57,386 nt of DNA from assembly GCA_002269645.1 (NCBI GenBank), contig NIVC01002939.1, forward strand, positions 1 to 57,386, given 5' to 3'. Origin of the DNA: Macrostomum lignano. Lineage: Eukaryota. This document shows positions 1-33,500 of the stretch, piece after piece; positions within the stretch are counted from its first letter, which is position 1; each line of letters starts with the position of its first letter. Made by a program: the position numbers and the translations under genes. The notes below the pieces were generated by a model. It saw only the letters and a program-made list of their open reading frames with translations, was not told the origin of the DNA and did not search any database.

Positions 1-20795
<20,795 letters not shown>

Positions 20796-21589
20796 GCCCC
20801 GCTATTTAGTCAGCTGTTCTGGAAGCAAATCTTACAAAGAGACCTGCTTGTCTCTTAAAGCGAAATTCAAGTAAAACTTTAAATCAAATAAAAGCTTCTG
20901 ATTTGAAACGTTGTACTGAGCCTCACAAACTATAGTAAGCTTGTAGCACCTGACTGAGAGGGCTTTGAGACAGATTTTCTCACGCTTATATACAATAAGT
21001 GGCGGTGAGGCTGATGGATGGGCCAGGAGGGGTGGAGGAAATGCCAACCTAAATAAGTGCGCGCACAAGCACAAGTGGAGACCAGCTGCATCTGGAATGG
21101 CTGGCTTTGCTAGTGCCTAAAAATAGCATGCAGTGTGCGACCAGTAGGACAATGCGTCTATATGTTCTGAGTCTATTGAGTCCGCACCTTTCTCTCTCTC
21201 CCCTCCCTTTCTCTCCGCCATCATTTTGAGTGGGCTTCATCTATTCTCTACCATGCTTGATTGAGGCGGCATACTGCAGAGTCTGGGCGTAACCCTCGCC
21301 TTTGAAACACATGCAGCAACGTTCTCCATGGCGGCTGGGCAGAATGATAAGTGAGTGATGCCAGCCAAAGACAAATAACGCTTAAAAATATGAGCTGCAG
21401 GGCGCCCCCTGTCTGCTGCAACTAAAAATATTCTGGAGTGCGACGGGTGCGCAGGAACTGGGCGGGACCCCTCCAACGACAGTAACTGAATTTCACCTTG
21501 TTGAAAAAGTTTATTTTAATGCCTGCAGTGCATTCTTAAATACGACAGGGCTACAATTCAAGGCATTGTCTCTGACTAAGTTTAACGAT

Positions 21590-23210
21590 CTGTTAGATAC
21601 TCGCTTTACCTGTTAGGTACAGGCTTTACCTGTTAGATACTCGCTTTACCTGTTAGAACTCTATTTACCTGTTAGATACAGACTAAAAACATTAGATACC
21701 GGCTTTACCTGTAAGATACATGCTTTAGCAGGCTTTATCTTTGAGGACACTGACATCACCTGATAGACACTGACATCACCTTTTAGACACTGACATCACC
21801 TTTTAGACACTGACATCACCTGTTAGACACTGACATCACCTTTTAGACACTGACATCACCTGATAGACACTGACATCACCTGTTAGACACTGGCATCACC
21901 TTTTAGACACTGACATCACCTGTTAGACACTGACATCACCTGTTAGACACTGGCATCACCTGATAGACACTGACATCACCTTTTAGACACTGACATCACC
22001 TGATAGACACTGACATCACCTGTTAGACACTGGCATCACCTTTTAGACACTGACATCACCTGTTAGACACTGACATCACCTGTTAGACACTGGCAATCCA
22101 CCTGTTAGGCACTGGCAATCCACCTGTTAGACACTGGTAATCCACCTGTTAGATATTGGCAATCCACCTGTTAGACACTGGTAATCTACCTGTTAGACAC
22201 TGGCAATCCACATGTTAGACACTGGTAATTTACCTGTTAGACACTGGCAATCCACCTGTTAGACACTGGTAATCTACCTGTTAGACACTGGCAATCCACA
22301 TGTTAGACACTGGTAATTTACCTGTTAGACACTGGCAATCCACCTGTTAGACACTGGTAATCTACCTGTTAGACACTGGCAATCCACCTGTTAGACACTG
22401 GCAATCCACCTGTTAGACACTGGCAATTCACCGGTTAGACACTAACAATCCACCTGTTAGACACTAGCAATTCACCGGTTAGACACTAACAATCCACCTG
22501 TTAGACACTAGCAATTCACCGGTTAGACACTGGCAATCCACCTGTTAGACACTGGCAATCCACCTGTTAGACACTGGTAATCCACCTGTTAGAAACTGGT
22601 AATCCACCTGTTAGACACTGGCAATACACCTGTTAGACACTGGTAATCTACCTGTTAGACACTGGCAATCCACCTGTTAGACACTGGTAATCTACCTGTT
22701 AGACACTAGTAATCCACCTGTTAGACACTGGTAATTTACCTGTTAGACACTAGCAATTCACCGGTTAGACACTGGTAATCCACCTGTTAGACACTGGTAA
22801 TCCACCTGTTAGATATTGGCAATCCACCTGTTAGACACTGGTAATCTACCTGTTAGACACTGGCAATCTACCTGTTAGACACTGGCAATCTACCTGTTAG
22901 ACACTGGCAATCTACCTGTTAGACACTAACAATCCACCTGTTAGACACTAGCAATTCACCGGTTAGACACTAACAATCCACCTGTTAGACACTAGCAATT
23001 CACCGGTTAGACACTGGTAATCCACCTGTTAGACACTGGTAATCCACCTGTTAGACACTGGTAATCCACCTGTTAGACACTGGCAATCCACCTGTTAGAA
23101 ACTGGTAATCCACCTGTTAGAAACTGGTAATCCACCTGTTAGACACTGGTAATCTACCTGTTAGACACTGGTAATCCCCCTGTTAGACACCGGTAATTTA
23201 CCTGTCAGAC
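21590..23210. repeat. Compound minisatellite: 20-bp AGACACTGACATCACCTGTT (about 17 copies, 21745-22090) then 22-bp TTAGACACTGGCAATCCACCTG (about 50 copies)
   Basis: Periods measured from the sequence; degenerate precursor units at 21590-21740. Confidence 0.95.
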
Positions 23211-23359
23211 AACAACCAACAACCATTATTCATTAATGAATAATGAAACCTCACCAATGAGTGTCATGAGAGCTTTTTTAGTGCTATACTAGCCAATTCC
23301 AACCCCCGTTGGGGCTTTCCGTCCAAACTCCAATCACAGTTTTCCCACGCAATAAAATT

Positions 23360-26300
23360 TCACCCCACTGAATCCCACATCCAAAGAATCTTTCATCCAA
23401 AAAAGTCCCCCATCTATAAAATCTCTGATGCAAAGAATCTCACATGCAAAGAATTCCCTATCCAAAGAATCCGCCATCTAAAGAACCTCCATCGATAGAA
23501 TCCACTCAATTTCCCACTCCACACAATCCACACAATTCCCCACTAAAGGAATCCTCCTATCTGAAGAATTCCCCATCCAATGAATCGCCCATCCATAGAA
23601 TCTCACATGCAAAGAATCCAATATCTAAAGAATCCTCCATTCAAAGAACCCCCCATTGATAGAATCCTGATTCGAAGAATCCCCATCCAATGAATTTCCT
23701 ATCCAAGGAATCCGCCATACACAGAATCCCCATCCAAAGAATCTCAAATCCATCCCTATCCAAAGAATCCCCCATCCTTCCATATCCAAAGAATCCTCAT
23801 CCATCCATATCCAAAGAATCCCAAATCCATCCCTATCCAAAGAATCCCCCATCCATCCATATCCAAAGAATCCCAAATCCATCCCTATCTAAAGAATCCT
23901 TCTATCCATCCCTATCCAGAAAAACCCGGCATCCATTCCTATCTAAAGAATCCCCCAATCCGTCCATATCCAAAGAATCCCCATCTAAATAATCGACATC
24001 CAAATAATCCCCATCCACAAAATCCCCATCTAAATAATCCAAAGATTCTCAAATCCAAATTATCCCTTATCTAAAAAATCATTGACAAAATAATCCCCTC
24101 ATCTAAAGAACCCCCGTCCAAATAATCCCAATCCAAAGAATCCAAAGAATCCCCCTCCAGAAAACCCCCCTCTAAAGAATTCACATCCAAATAATCCCCA
24201 TTAACAGAAACCCCATCCAAAGAATCCAAAGAACCCCCCATCCAAAGAATCCAAAGAATCTCCCATCCAAATAGAATCCTTGGCCAAAGAATCCCCTCAT
24301 CTACAGAACACCCATCCAAATAACCCCCATCTAAAGAATCCCCTCATGCAAATAATCTCCGTCCAAACAATCCAAATCCAATCCAATCCAATCCAAAAGA
24401 TCCCTTTATCGGAAGAACCCTTCATCGAAAGAATCCCCCATCGAAAGAAGTTCCCAATGAATCATTCTTACCAAGCCTTGAAATCTCAGTAATTCCCCTC
24501 CCCAAGACTTGACATCTCAAAAATTACCCTTAAGCCTTGACATCTCAGTAATTACCCCCCCCCTAAGACTTGACATCTTAGCAATTTCTCCCCGTCTCAA
24601 GTCTTGACATCTCAGAAATTCCCCCCACGCCTTGACATCTCAGAAATTCCCCCAGTAAGCCTTTATATCTCAGTAATTTCCGAAGTAAGTCTTGCCATCT
24701 CAGCAATTCCCCTCTGTAAGACTTGACATCTAAGGAATTTCCCATTGAGCAATGAAATCTCAGTAATTCACCCAGTAAGTCTTTATATCTCAGTAATTCC
24801 CCCCAGTAAATCTTGACATCTTAGCAATTTCTCCCAGTCAAAAGCGTTGACATCTCAGCAATTCCCCCCTAAGACTTGACCTCCACAGAATCTCCGTTCA
24901 AAGAATCCCTCATCCAAAGAATCCCCCATCCATCCCTATCCAAAGAACCCCAGATCCATCCCTATCCAAAGAACCCCCCATCCATCCCTATCCAAAGAAT
25001 CCCCCATCCACCCCTATCCAAAGAATCCCCCTCTTAAGAATCTCCCATTCAAATAATCCCCCATCAAAAGAATCCTTGGCCAAAGAATCCCCTCATCTAA
25101 AGAACCACCGTCGAAATACTCCCCATCCAAAGAATCCCCTCATAAAGAATCCCCCCAAAGAATCTCATATTCAAAGGATCACTCTATAGAAAGAAAGAAT
25201 CCCCCATTCAAAGAACCCTTCATCGAAATAGTAATCCCCCAACGAAGGAATTCACCAATGAATCACTATCCAAAGATATATATTAGAAGCACCCTCCCTC
25301 ATTCAAAGAATCCCCAATCCATAGAATTCCCCCAAAGACATGACATCTCAGCAATTCGCCCTCAGGACTTGAAATCTCTGCAATTCCCTTCCCTAAGATT
25401 TTGACATCTCAGAAATTCCCCCAAGCCTTCACATCTCAGCAATTCCCCCTTAGACTTGATATCTCACAGATTTCCCCCTTCTAAGACTTGAAATCTCAGG
25501 AATTTCCCCACCAAGCATTGACATCTCGGAAATTCCCCCAAGCCTTCACATCTCAGCAATTCCCCCCTTAGACTTGATATCTCACAGATTTCCCCCTTCT
25601 AAGACTTGAAATCTCAGGAATTTCCCCACCAAGCATTGACATCTCGGAAATTCCCCCAAGCCTTCACATCTCAGCAATTCCCCCCTTAGACTTGATATCT
25701 CACAGATTTCCCCCTTCTAAGACTTGACATCTCAGGAATTTCCCCACCAAGCATTGACATCTCGGAAATTCCCCCAAGCCTTCACATCTCAGCAATTCGC
25801 CCTCAAGCCTTGGCATCTCAGTAATTCCCCCCAAGCCTTGAAATCTCAGCAATTCCGTCTTACGTCTTGACATCTCGGCAAGTCCCTCTAAGCATTTGAC
25901 ATCTCAGCAATTCCCCCCCACCTAAGGCTTGACATCTCAGGAATTTCCCCACCAAGCCTTGGCATCTCAGCAAGTCCCTCCTAAGCCTTGGCATCTCAGC
26001 AAGTCCCTCTTAAGCCTTGGCATCTCAGCAAGTCCCTCTTAAGCCTTGGCATCTCAGCAAGTCCCTCCTAAGCCTTGGCATCTCAGCAAGTCCCTCTTAA
26101 GCCTTGGCATCTCAGCAAGTCCCTCTTAAGCCTTGGCATCTCAGCAAGTCCCTTTGTAGCCTTGGCATCTCAGCAATTCCCCCCCCCCTAAGACTTGACA
26201 TCTCAGGAATTTCCCCACCAAGCCTTGGCATCTCAGCAAGTCCCTCCTAAGCCTTGGCATCTCAGCAAGTCCCTCTTAAGCCTTGGCATCTCAGCAAGTC

Positions 26301-26530
26301 CCTCTTAAGCCTTGGCATCTCAGCAAGTCCCTCCTAAGCCTTGGCATCTCAGCAAGTCCCTCCTCCCTCTAAGACTTGACATCTCAGCAATTCCCTCCCC
26401 CCTCTAAGGCTTGACATCTCAGGAATTTCCCCACCAAGCCTTGACATCTCAGTGATTCCCCCAGTTAGCAATCTCCCCCGAGCAAGCATTCCCAAAAGCA
26501 AGCGTCCTTCCGATAGCAAGCATCCCCTGA
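23360..26530. repeat. Complex satellite block: TCCAAAGAATCCCC-type domains alternate with ~29-bp AAGCCTTGACATCTCAGCAATTCCCC-type domains (A-B-A-B), including a ~118-bp higher-order repeat
   Basis: A domains 23360-24480 and 24890-25330; B domains 24480-24890 and 25330-26460; AATTCCCCCAAGCC recurs at 25414, 25531, 25649 and 25767. Confidence 0.9.
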
Positions 26531-26639
26531 TAGAAAGTACCTCCAGCAAGATTGTGAAACAATTTCGTCAGCTATTACAATAATTAATTTCTTATCTATT
26601 GGAATAGTCCTTTTTAAAACTTTTCAAAATTTAAAGTTA

Positions 26640-27810
26640 AATAAAATTTTTGATTATACTACATGAACGCTCGTAGCTTCTTCTCTTTTACCTGATTTAC
26701 TTGACATTTTTAAGATTCCTTTAGCTTTCTTGAAATTAATTTTTTTAATAAAAAACTTCAACACTCTAATAATTCGAACCCACGTCGCTGCATTAGCAGT
26801 TCAGTCTGTTTACCTCTAGGCTAGCTCTCATCGTTTTGATAACATGAATTGTAGCACTTATATATTTCAACACTTTGAAAACTCCCAGCATAGAGTAGAA
26901 ATCACTCGAACCAGTTACGACGTAATCAATTTCTCAGGCAGTCAATATCAGTTTCAATTAATAAAGTCAACAATTAAAGTCAACAATATGGTTACGCAAT
27001 CTAAATTTAGATCTAATGGCGCTGGCTTGAATTGTGGAGTTGCGATAAATAGGGGTTTGCGATATGAGAGAGCGTACAATGAGAATATAGAGTAAAAAGT
27101 ATAGAAATTTCTTTTTTATGCTGTGCTTTTAATTTTTCAAATCTCAGCAAACAGATTATATTCTCGAACTCAGCGTTTCTAGCTCTTTCCAGCAATACAA
27201 GGCTCTCTTCTGAAAGTGAAAAACTCGAAGCACAAACAACGGTTGGACATTCCTGCTTTAAAGCAGTCAAATTCATAAGGTGTACATTCAGCGCCAGCTA
27301 CAGTGAGAGGCCTGCAGTTGATGCATTGAAATTCACAACCAAGCCAATGCCCGGGACTCATTGAATGACAATACCCGCCCCTCAATTCAATAACTAAAAG
27401 GTGTTGCGCAACCTTTCAACGCTTGTAGCTCTCCACGCGAGTGTAGAGAACCAATGCTATAGTTGGCACTGAGCTATGATGCAATACAATTCCATCGGCA
27501 GTCAGACTGCTTCTCAATCGGAAAGAACTGTTTGAACTTTAAAAAACAGGGAGAAAATCGAGTTTTTCGAATATTTAAGCCCGAAAAAATGAAGCAATTT
27601 CTTAGCAAAATTTTGTGTACCAGCGCACCATCAATACGCATCGAATGCAGAAAACCCCACGAAATTCCGACCATGTAGAGTCAAGTTAAACGAAAGTTCC
27701 TATAGATAGATAGGTAGGTAGGTACATAGTTTTGATTTTTAGTATATTGGAAGTCTAGTTAAACAAAGGTTCCTATAGATAGGTACATAGTTTTGATTTT
27801 TAGTAAATTG
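26640..27810 (-). mobile_element. Putative non-autonomous element, copy 1 (Helitron/Helentron-like or SINE-like), with an internal tRNA-Ser(GCT)-like Pol III head
   Basis: Minus strand at 26770-26825 reads TAGCCTAGAGG (A box)..CTGAACTGCTAATGCAG..GGGTTCGAAT (B box); colinear similarity to 28330-28925; ends near TTTTAGTATAT and a GATA/GGTA microsatellite. The family assignment is inference. Confidence 0.4.
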
Positions 27811-27829
27811 GATACTATGAACAATTTAA

Positions 27830-28325
27830 TGTTTTACATGGTGGCTCTTTAATGTTCGACATGGTGGCTCTTTAATGTTCGACATAGTGGCTCTTTAATG
27901 TTAGAAATGGTGGCTCTTCTATGTTTGACATGGTGGCTCTTCTATTTTTGACATGGTGGCTCTTTAATGTTCGACATGGTGGTTCTTTAATGTTTGACAT
28001 GGTGGTTCTTTAATGTTCGACATGGTGGCTCTTTAATGTTCTACATGGTGGCCCTTTAATGTTCGACATGGTGGCTCTTTACTGTTAGACATGGTGGCTC
28101 TTTTAGGTTTGACATAATGGCTCTTTAATGTTTGACATGGTGGCTCTTTAATGTTCGATATGGTGGCTCTTTTATGTTAGACATGGTGGCTCTTTTAGGT
28201 TCGACATGATGGCACTTTTATGTTTTGACATGGCGGCTCTTTAATGTTCGACATGGTAGCTCTTTTATGTTTGACTTGGTAACTCTTTTATGTTCGATAT
28301 GTTGGCTCTTCTATGTTTGACATTG
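27830..28325. repeat. 23-bp minisatellite (GTTCGACATGGTGGCTCTTTAAT), about 21 copies
   Basis: Tandem units between the two element copies. Confidence 0.95.
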
Positions 28326-28329
28326 CGCT

Positions 28330-28925
28330 TCTTTGATGTTTAGCAGTTTTGTTGTGTTTTTAAGGTGTTTTAATAAAAAAAATCTTTTTGCACTACTAAG
28401 ATTCGAACCCAGGTCGCTACATTAGCATTCCAGTCTGTTCGCATCAGGGCTATCTCTTTTCAATTGGAGAACATGAATTGTGGCCCTTATAATTCAATTC
28501 TTACAGCAAGTCAATTGGAGTAAAAATTTATGACATAATCAATTTCTCAGTCAGCCAGTATCAGTCTCAATTTAAGTTAGCAATATGGTTACGCAATTTA
28601 AATCAAGTCGTGTGTGCATTTCTTCGGTACTGTTTTCAACTTGTTGTGATGCAATCTTTATCACAATCGGAATTCAGTCAGTCAGTTTTTTCTCTAGCAT
28701 TCTTACAATGCATTTCAGGTCGAAAGAGCTGCTTGACCTTTGCAAAAAAGCATGTTTTTCGAATATTTAATCCCTTTAACATTGAGCAATTTCTTAGCCA
28801 AGATGCATGTACCGTCCCAGGAAAATTTCTGATCGAATGGTGCAAGTTTGAAGAAAATCGGTTGAGCCAATTTTTCTGAAATCTATCGCATACCCACAGA
28901 CAACTCATTTTTAGTATATAGGAAA
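28330..28925 (-). mobile_element. Second, internally deleted and diverged copy of the 26.6-27.8 kb element
   Basis: Shares ATTCGAACCC..CATTAGCA..CAGTCTGTT, ATAATCAATTTCTCAG, CAATATGGTTACGCAAT, GTTTTTCGAATATTTAA, GAGCAATTTCTTAGC and the terminal TTTTAGTATAT with copy 1. Confidence 0.5.
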
Positions 28926-29539
28926 GGACTAAAATATTCTAAAAGGACACGTTGATAACACAATCAAAATTTGTGTTGGTTTTTCAACAGTCTAACTACC
29001 TTTTGTGGGTTTTTTAGTCCACCATGACATTCTAGCATCATTAATATGATTAATAACTATGCCAACTAACTTTCTGGACTCTGGGTAACCTATGTACACA
29101 CACACACCGACAGACAGAGGCTGGAATTAAGGTTTGAGGCATCGAGCTTAAGCAAACAATCCTGCTTGAGTTTGCAGACTCATTCGTCTTCTGCTTTTGT
29201 CATGAGATCGTCAACTATGGAATAATGAGAATAAGCTGCACATTTGGGAGGCTCATAGAAAAGTTCATTCGAATCATTTTCTAAAACTTATTCGTCTCTC
29301 CGTCTGAGAACCACTTCAGACTTTTGTGACGTTAATTAATTGTTAGGAAAGAATTTTGGGCAGCGCGAAGGTGGTTGAAAGTTTTTAAGGTAGTTCGCAT
29401 TTGTTATAATATGCTGCTTTATATAGAACTTTGGTCTCTAAAGTGCAAATAATGATTTTAATATGGAGTGAACTGGGTAGACAGAGCCATTATAGCTCTC
29501 TAGACACGATATCACTTCCTGTTAGTCTGAGTCTGATAG

Positions 29540-30125
29540 GTAAGTCAGTGATTAACAGGTAATGTCAGTGACTAATAATTAATGTCAGTGACTAATAAGT
29601 AATGTCAGTGACTAATAAGTAATGTCAGTGATTAACAGGTAATGTCAGTGATTAACAGGTAATGTCAGTGATTAACAGGTAATGTCAGTGATTAACAGGT
29701 AATGTCAGTGATTAACAGGTAATGTCAGTAATTAATAGGTAATGTCAGTGACTAATAGGTAATGTCAGTGACTAATAAGTAATGTCAGTGACTAATAAGT
29801 AATGTCAGTGACTGATGGGTAATGTCAGTGACTAATAAGTAATGTCAGTGACTAATAAGTAATGTCAGTGACTAATAAGTAATGTCAGTGACTAATAAGT
29901 AATGTCAGTGACTGATGGGTAATGTCAGTGACTAATAAGTAATGTCAGTGACTAATAAGTAATGTCAGTGACTAATAAGTAATGTCAGTGACTAATAAGT
30001 AATGTCAGTGACTGATGGGTAATGTCAGTGACTAATAAGTAATGTCAGTGACTAATAAGTAATGTCAGTGACTAATAAGTAATGTCAGTGACTAATAAGT
30101 AATGTCAGTGACTAATAAGTAATGT
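29540..30125. repeat. 20-bp minisatellite (AATGTCAGTGACTAATAAGT), about 29 copies; reverse-complement relative of the 21.7 kb array
   Basis: Its reverse complement ACTTATTAGTCACTGACATT aligns with ACCTGTTAGACACTGACATC. Confidence 0.95.
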
Positions 30126-30558
30126 CCGAATGTTAGAATCTTTATAAGCGATTTTTTATGAAGGAGTATTTCTGAGAAATTCCGAAGCAGTTTCTACTTT
30201 GATACTTAAAGAATTTTGATTCTGATTCTATCTTGATCTATAACCCCAGCCCACTCGCTCCTCTCTAGCTGTCTGTCTGTCTTCTGCCCCCACACTGTGC
30301 TCTGCTGCGGTTGATAACGGGGTGCTCACTTGTGCGTACTCAACTGGCAGCACGGACAGGGGTCTCTAGCCAAGCTCTTCTCTGCTCAAGCTGGATTTGT
30401 ACATCGAATGCACCTGCCGTACTGACAGACCAGGTGTACGCAGAAGCTCACAGGACAGACGAATTGACTATGAGTTTTTGAAGCAGGTATTAGAGAGCGG
30501 AAATGAAAGTTCTGAGCCAAACATTTTTGTGACAAATTTAATTTTTGTGCCAGCTAAC

Positions 30559-33500
30559 ATGGAGCGGTTAAGACTGATATTTGTGACGAAATCTGATCCT
30601 GATTGTGGGAATTATAACACTGCATTGAGAATTTGGTGAGTTACTAAATCTTTTCTCATTTAGTCAGTGTCTAACCTGGTCAGTGTCTAACCTGGTCAGT
30701 GTCTAACCTGGTCAGTGTCTAACCTGGTCAGTGTCTAACCTGGTCAGTGTCTAACCTGGTCAGTGTCTAACCTGGTCAGTGTCTAACCTGGTCAGTGTCT
30801 CACGTAGTCAGAGTCTCACCTGGTCAGTGTCTCACCTGGTCAGAGTCTCACCTGGTCAGAGTCTCACCTGGTCAGCGTCTCACCTGGTCAGCGTCTCACC
30901 TGGTCAGTGTCTCCCTTGGTCAGTGTCTCCCCTGGTCAGTGTCTCACCTGGTCAGCGTCTCACCTGGTCAGCGTCTCACCTGGTCAGCGTCTCACCTGGT
31001 CAGCGTCTCACCTGGTCAGCGTCTCACCTGGTCAGTGTCTCCCCTGGTCAGTGTCTCACCTGGTCAGTGTCTCACCTGGTCAGTGTCTCCCCTGGTCAGT
31101 GTCTCCCCTGGTCAGTGTCTCACCTGGTCAGCGTCTCACCTGGTCAGTGTCTCCCTTGGTCAGTGTCTCCCCTGGTCAGTGTCTCACCTGGTCAGTGTCT
31201 CCCTGGTCAGTGTCTCCCCTGGTCAGTGTCTCACCTGGTCAGAGGCTCACCTGGTCAGAGGCTCACCTGGTCAGTGTCTCCCCTGGTCAGTGTCTCACCT
31301 GGTCAGTGTCTCACCTGGTCAGTGTCTCCCCTGGTCAGTGTCTCCCCTGGTCAGTGTCTCCCCTGGTCAGTGTCTCCCCTGGTCAGTGTCTCACCTGGTC
31401 AGTGTCTCCCCTGGTCAGTGTCTCACCTGGTCAGCGTCTCACCTAGTCAGCGTCTCACCTGTTCAGCGTCTCACCTGGTCAGCGTCTCACCTGGTCTGCG
31501 TCTCACCTGGTCAGTGTCTCCCCTGGTCAGTGTCTCACCTGGTCAGTGTCTCACCTGGTCAGTGTCTCCCCTGGTCAGTGTCTCCCCTGGTCAGTGTCTC
31601 ACCTGGTCAGCGTCTCACCTGGTCAGTGTCTCCCTTGGTCAGTGTCTCCCCTGGTCAGTGTCTCACCTGGTCAGTGTCTCCCCTGGTCAGTGTCTCACCT
31701 GGTCAGTGTCTCACCTGGTCAGTGTCTCCCCTGGTCAGTGTCTCCCCTGGTCAGTGTCTCCCCTGGTCAGTGTCTCCCCTGGTCAGTGTCTCACCTGGTC
31801 AGTGTCTCACCTGGTCAGTGTCTCCCCTGGTCAGTGTCTCCCCTGGTCAGTGTCTCACCTGGTCAGCGTCTCACCTGGTCAGTGTCTCCCTTGGTCAGTG
31901 TCTCCCCTGGTCAGTGTCTCACCTGGTCAGTGTCTCCCCTGGTCAGTGTCTCCCCTGGTCAGTGTCTCACCTGGTCAGAGGCTCACCTGGTCAGAGGCTC
32001 ACCTGGTCAGTGTCTCCCCTGGTCAGTGTCTCACCTGGTCAGTGTCTCACCTGGTCAGTGTCTCCCCTGGTCAGTGTCTCCCCTGGTCAGTGTCTCCCCT
32101 GGTCAGTGTCTCCCCTGGTCAGTGTCTCCCCTGGTCAGTGTCTCACCTGGTCAGAGGCTCACCTGGTCAGTGTCTCACCTGGTCAGAGTCTCACCTGGTC
32201 AGTGTCTCACCTGGTCAGAGGCTCACCTGGTCAGAGGCTCACCTGGTCAGAGGCTCACCTGGTCAGAGGCTCACCTGGTCAGAGGCTCACCTGGTCAGAG
32301 GCTCACCTGGTCAGAGGCTCACCTGGTCAGAGGCTCACCTGGTCAGAGGCTCACCTGGTCAGAGGCTCACCTGGTCAGAGGCTCACCTGGTCAGAGGCTC
32401 ACCTGGTCAGAGGCTCACCTGGTCAGAGTACCCTTGATCAAAACTTTAAGCACCTGATATGCTGACAGCTGATGTACCACTATTATATTTTATCCAGCAT
32501 CAAATCAGTTCCCGCTCGCTCTCAAACTCTCAAGTCAAGGTCTGGTCTCGATTCGTCCAACCTGGAGCTATCGAATCGTATCGACCACTGCAGACACTCT
32601 GGAAGATGCTACAAGTGCAGATGTACTATTGTGCTTGCATCTGTACCGGTGCGCCAGCCTACTAGGCCAGGGTGGCAGCCTTAGTGAAAAGAATCTGAAA
32701 CTGATTGGCATAGCAGGAGGAACAGACTTAAACGAAGACTCAAAGCAGCCAGACAGACGAGTTGTGATGCAAAATGTTGCTCTAAATTGCAGGTAAAGTC
32801 AGTTTCAGATGATTACCTTACCTTACCTGTATCAATATCTACGATTTGGGTAATTGAATTTACACGTAAAAGGCTTTGATATTTGCAGGCACATCGTGGT
32901 CTTCTCGGAATCAATGTTGCAGTTTTTCAAACAGTTGGTGAGTAACCAGCCCGTGTGAATGCAATGCACATTTAGAGTCTATGGAACCGGTTGAGACCAT
33001 GCGCTTTATGAAAGTTCTAGGTTACCAAGTGCCAGTGCTTCATCCAAAATGGGTTTGCGCAGAGTCAAGCAGAAGCGCTTCCACCAGTCAGATAGAGCTT
33101 TCGAACAGTAGCTTTGGCGAGCTGGTGCTGGCGCCCCTGGTGCAAAAACCCGTGGTGCTGGCGCCCCTGGTGCAAAAACCCGTGGTGCTGGCGCCCCTGG
33201 TGCAAAAACCCGTGGTGCTGGCGCCCCTGGTGCAAAAACCCGTGGTGCTGGCGCCCCTGGTGCAAAAACCCGTGGTGCTGGCGCCCCTGGTGCAAAAACC
33301 CGTGGTGCTGGCGCCCCTGGTGCAAAAACCCGTGGTGCTGGCACCCCTGGTGCAAAAACCCGTGCTAAAGTCCCTGGCGCTAAAGCCCCCTCCAATCAAG
33401 TGGCGCCACTCAAATAAAATACTCGTAGCACTTCACATAGTCGTGCCCCTTCCAATGAAAAATCCTGGTACAGTAAGTGTACATCCGGTATCTGTCTGAC

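Noticed and set aside
26770-26825. Functional tRNA-Ser genes here and at 28400-28455, 11630-11675 and 43897-43960
   Set aside because: A and B boxes are present but no complete acceptor stem or cloverleaf is evident; all are embedded in repeat elements
21590-32430. Regularly spaced repeats as CRISPR arrays
   Set aside because: The units are contiguous with no unique spacers, there are no cas genes, and the context is eukaryotic
30779-32465. 552, 556 and 303-aa ORFs of SVSPGQCLTW repeats
   Set aside because: They are translations of the 16-bp satellite (open in several frames because the unit lacks stops) inside GLT1D1 intron 1
32560-32720. PLAT/LH2 domain (SYRIVSTTADTLEDATSADV..)
   Set aside because: Superficial resemblance only; the downstream LHLYR and GGTDLNED motifs and the remaining exons identify GLT1D1
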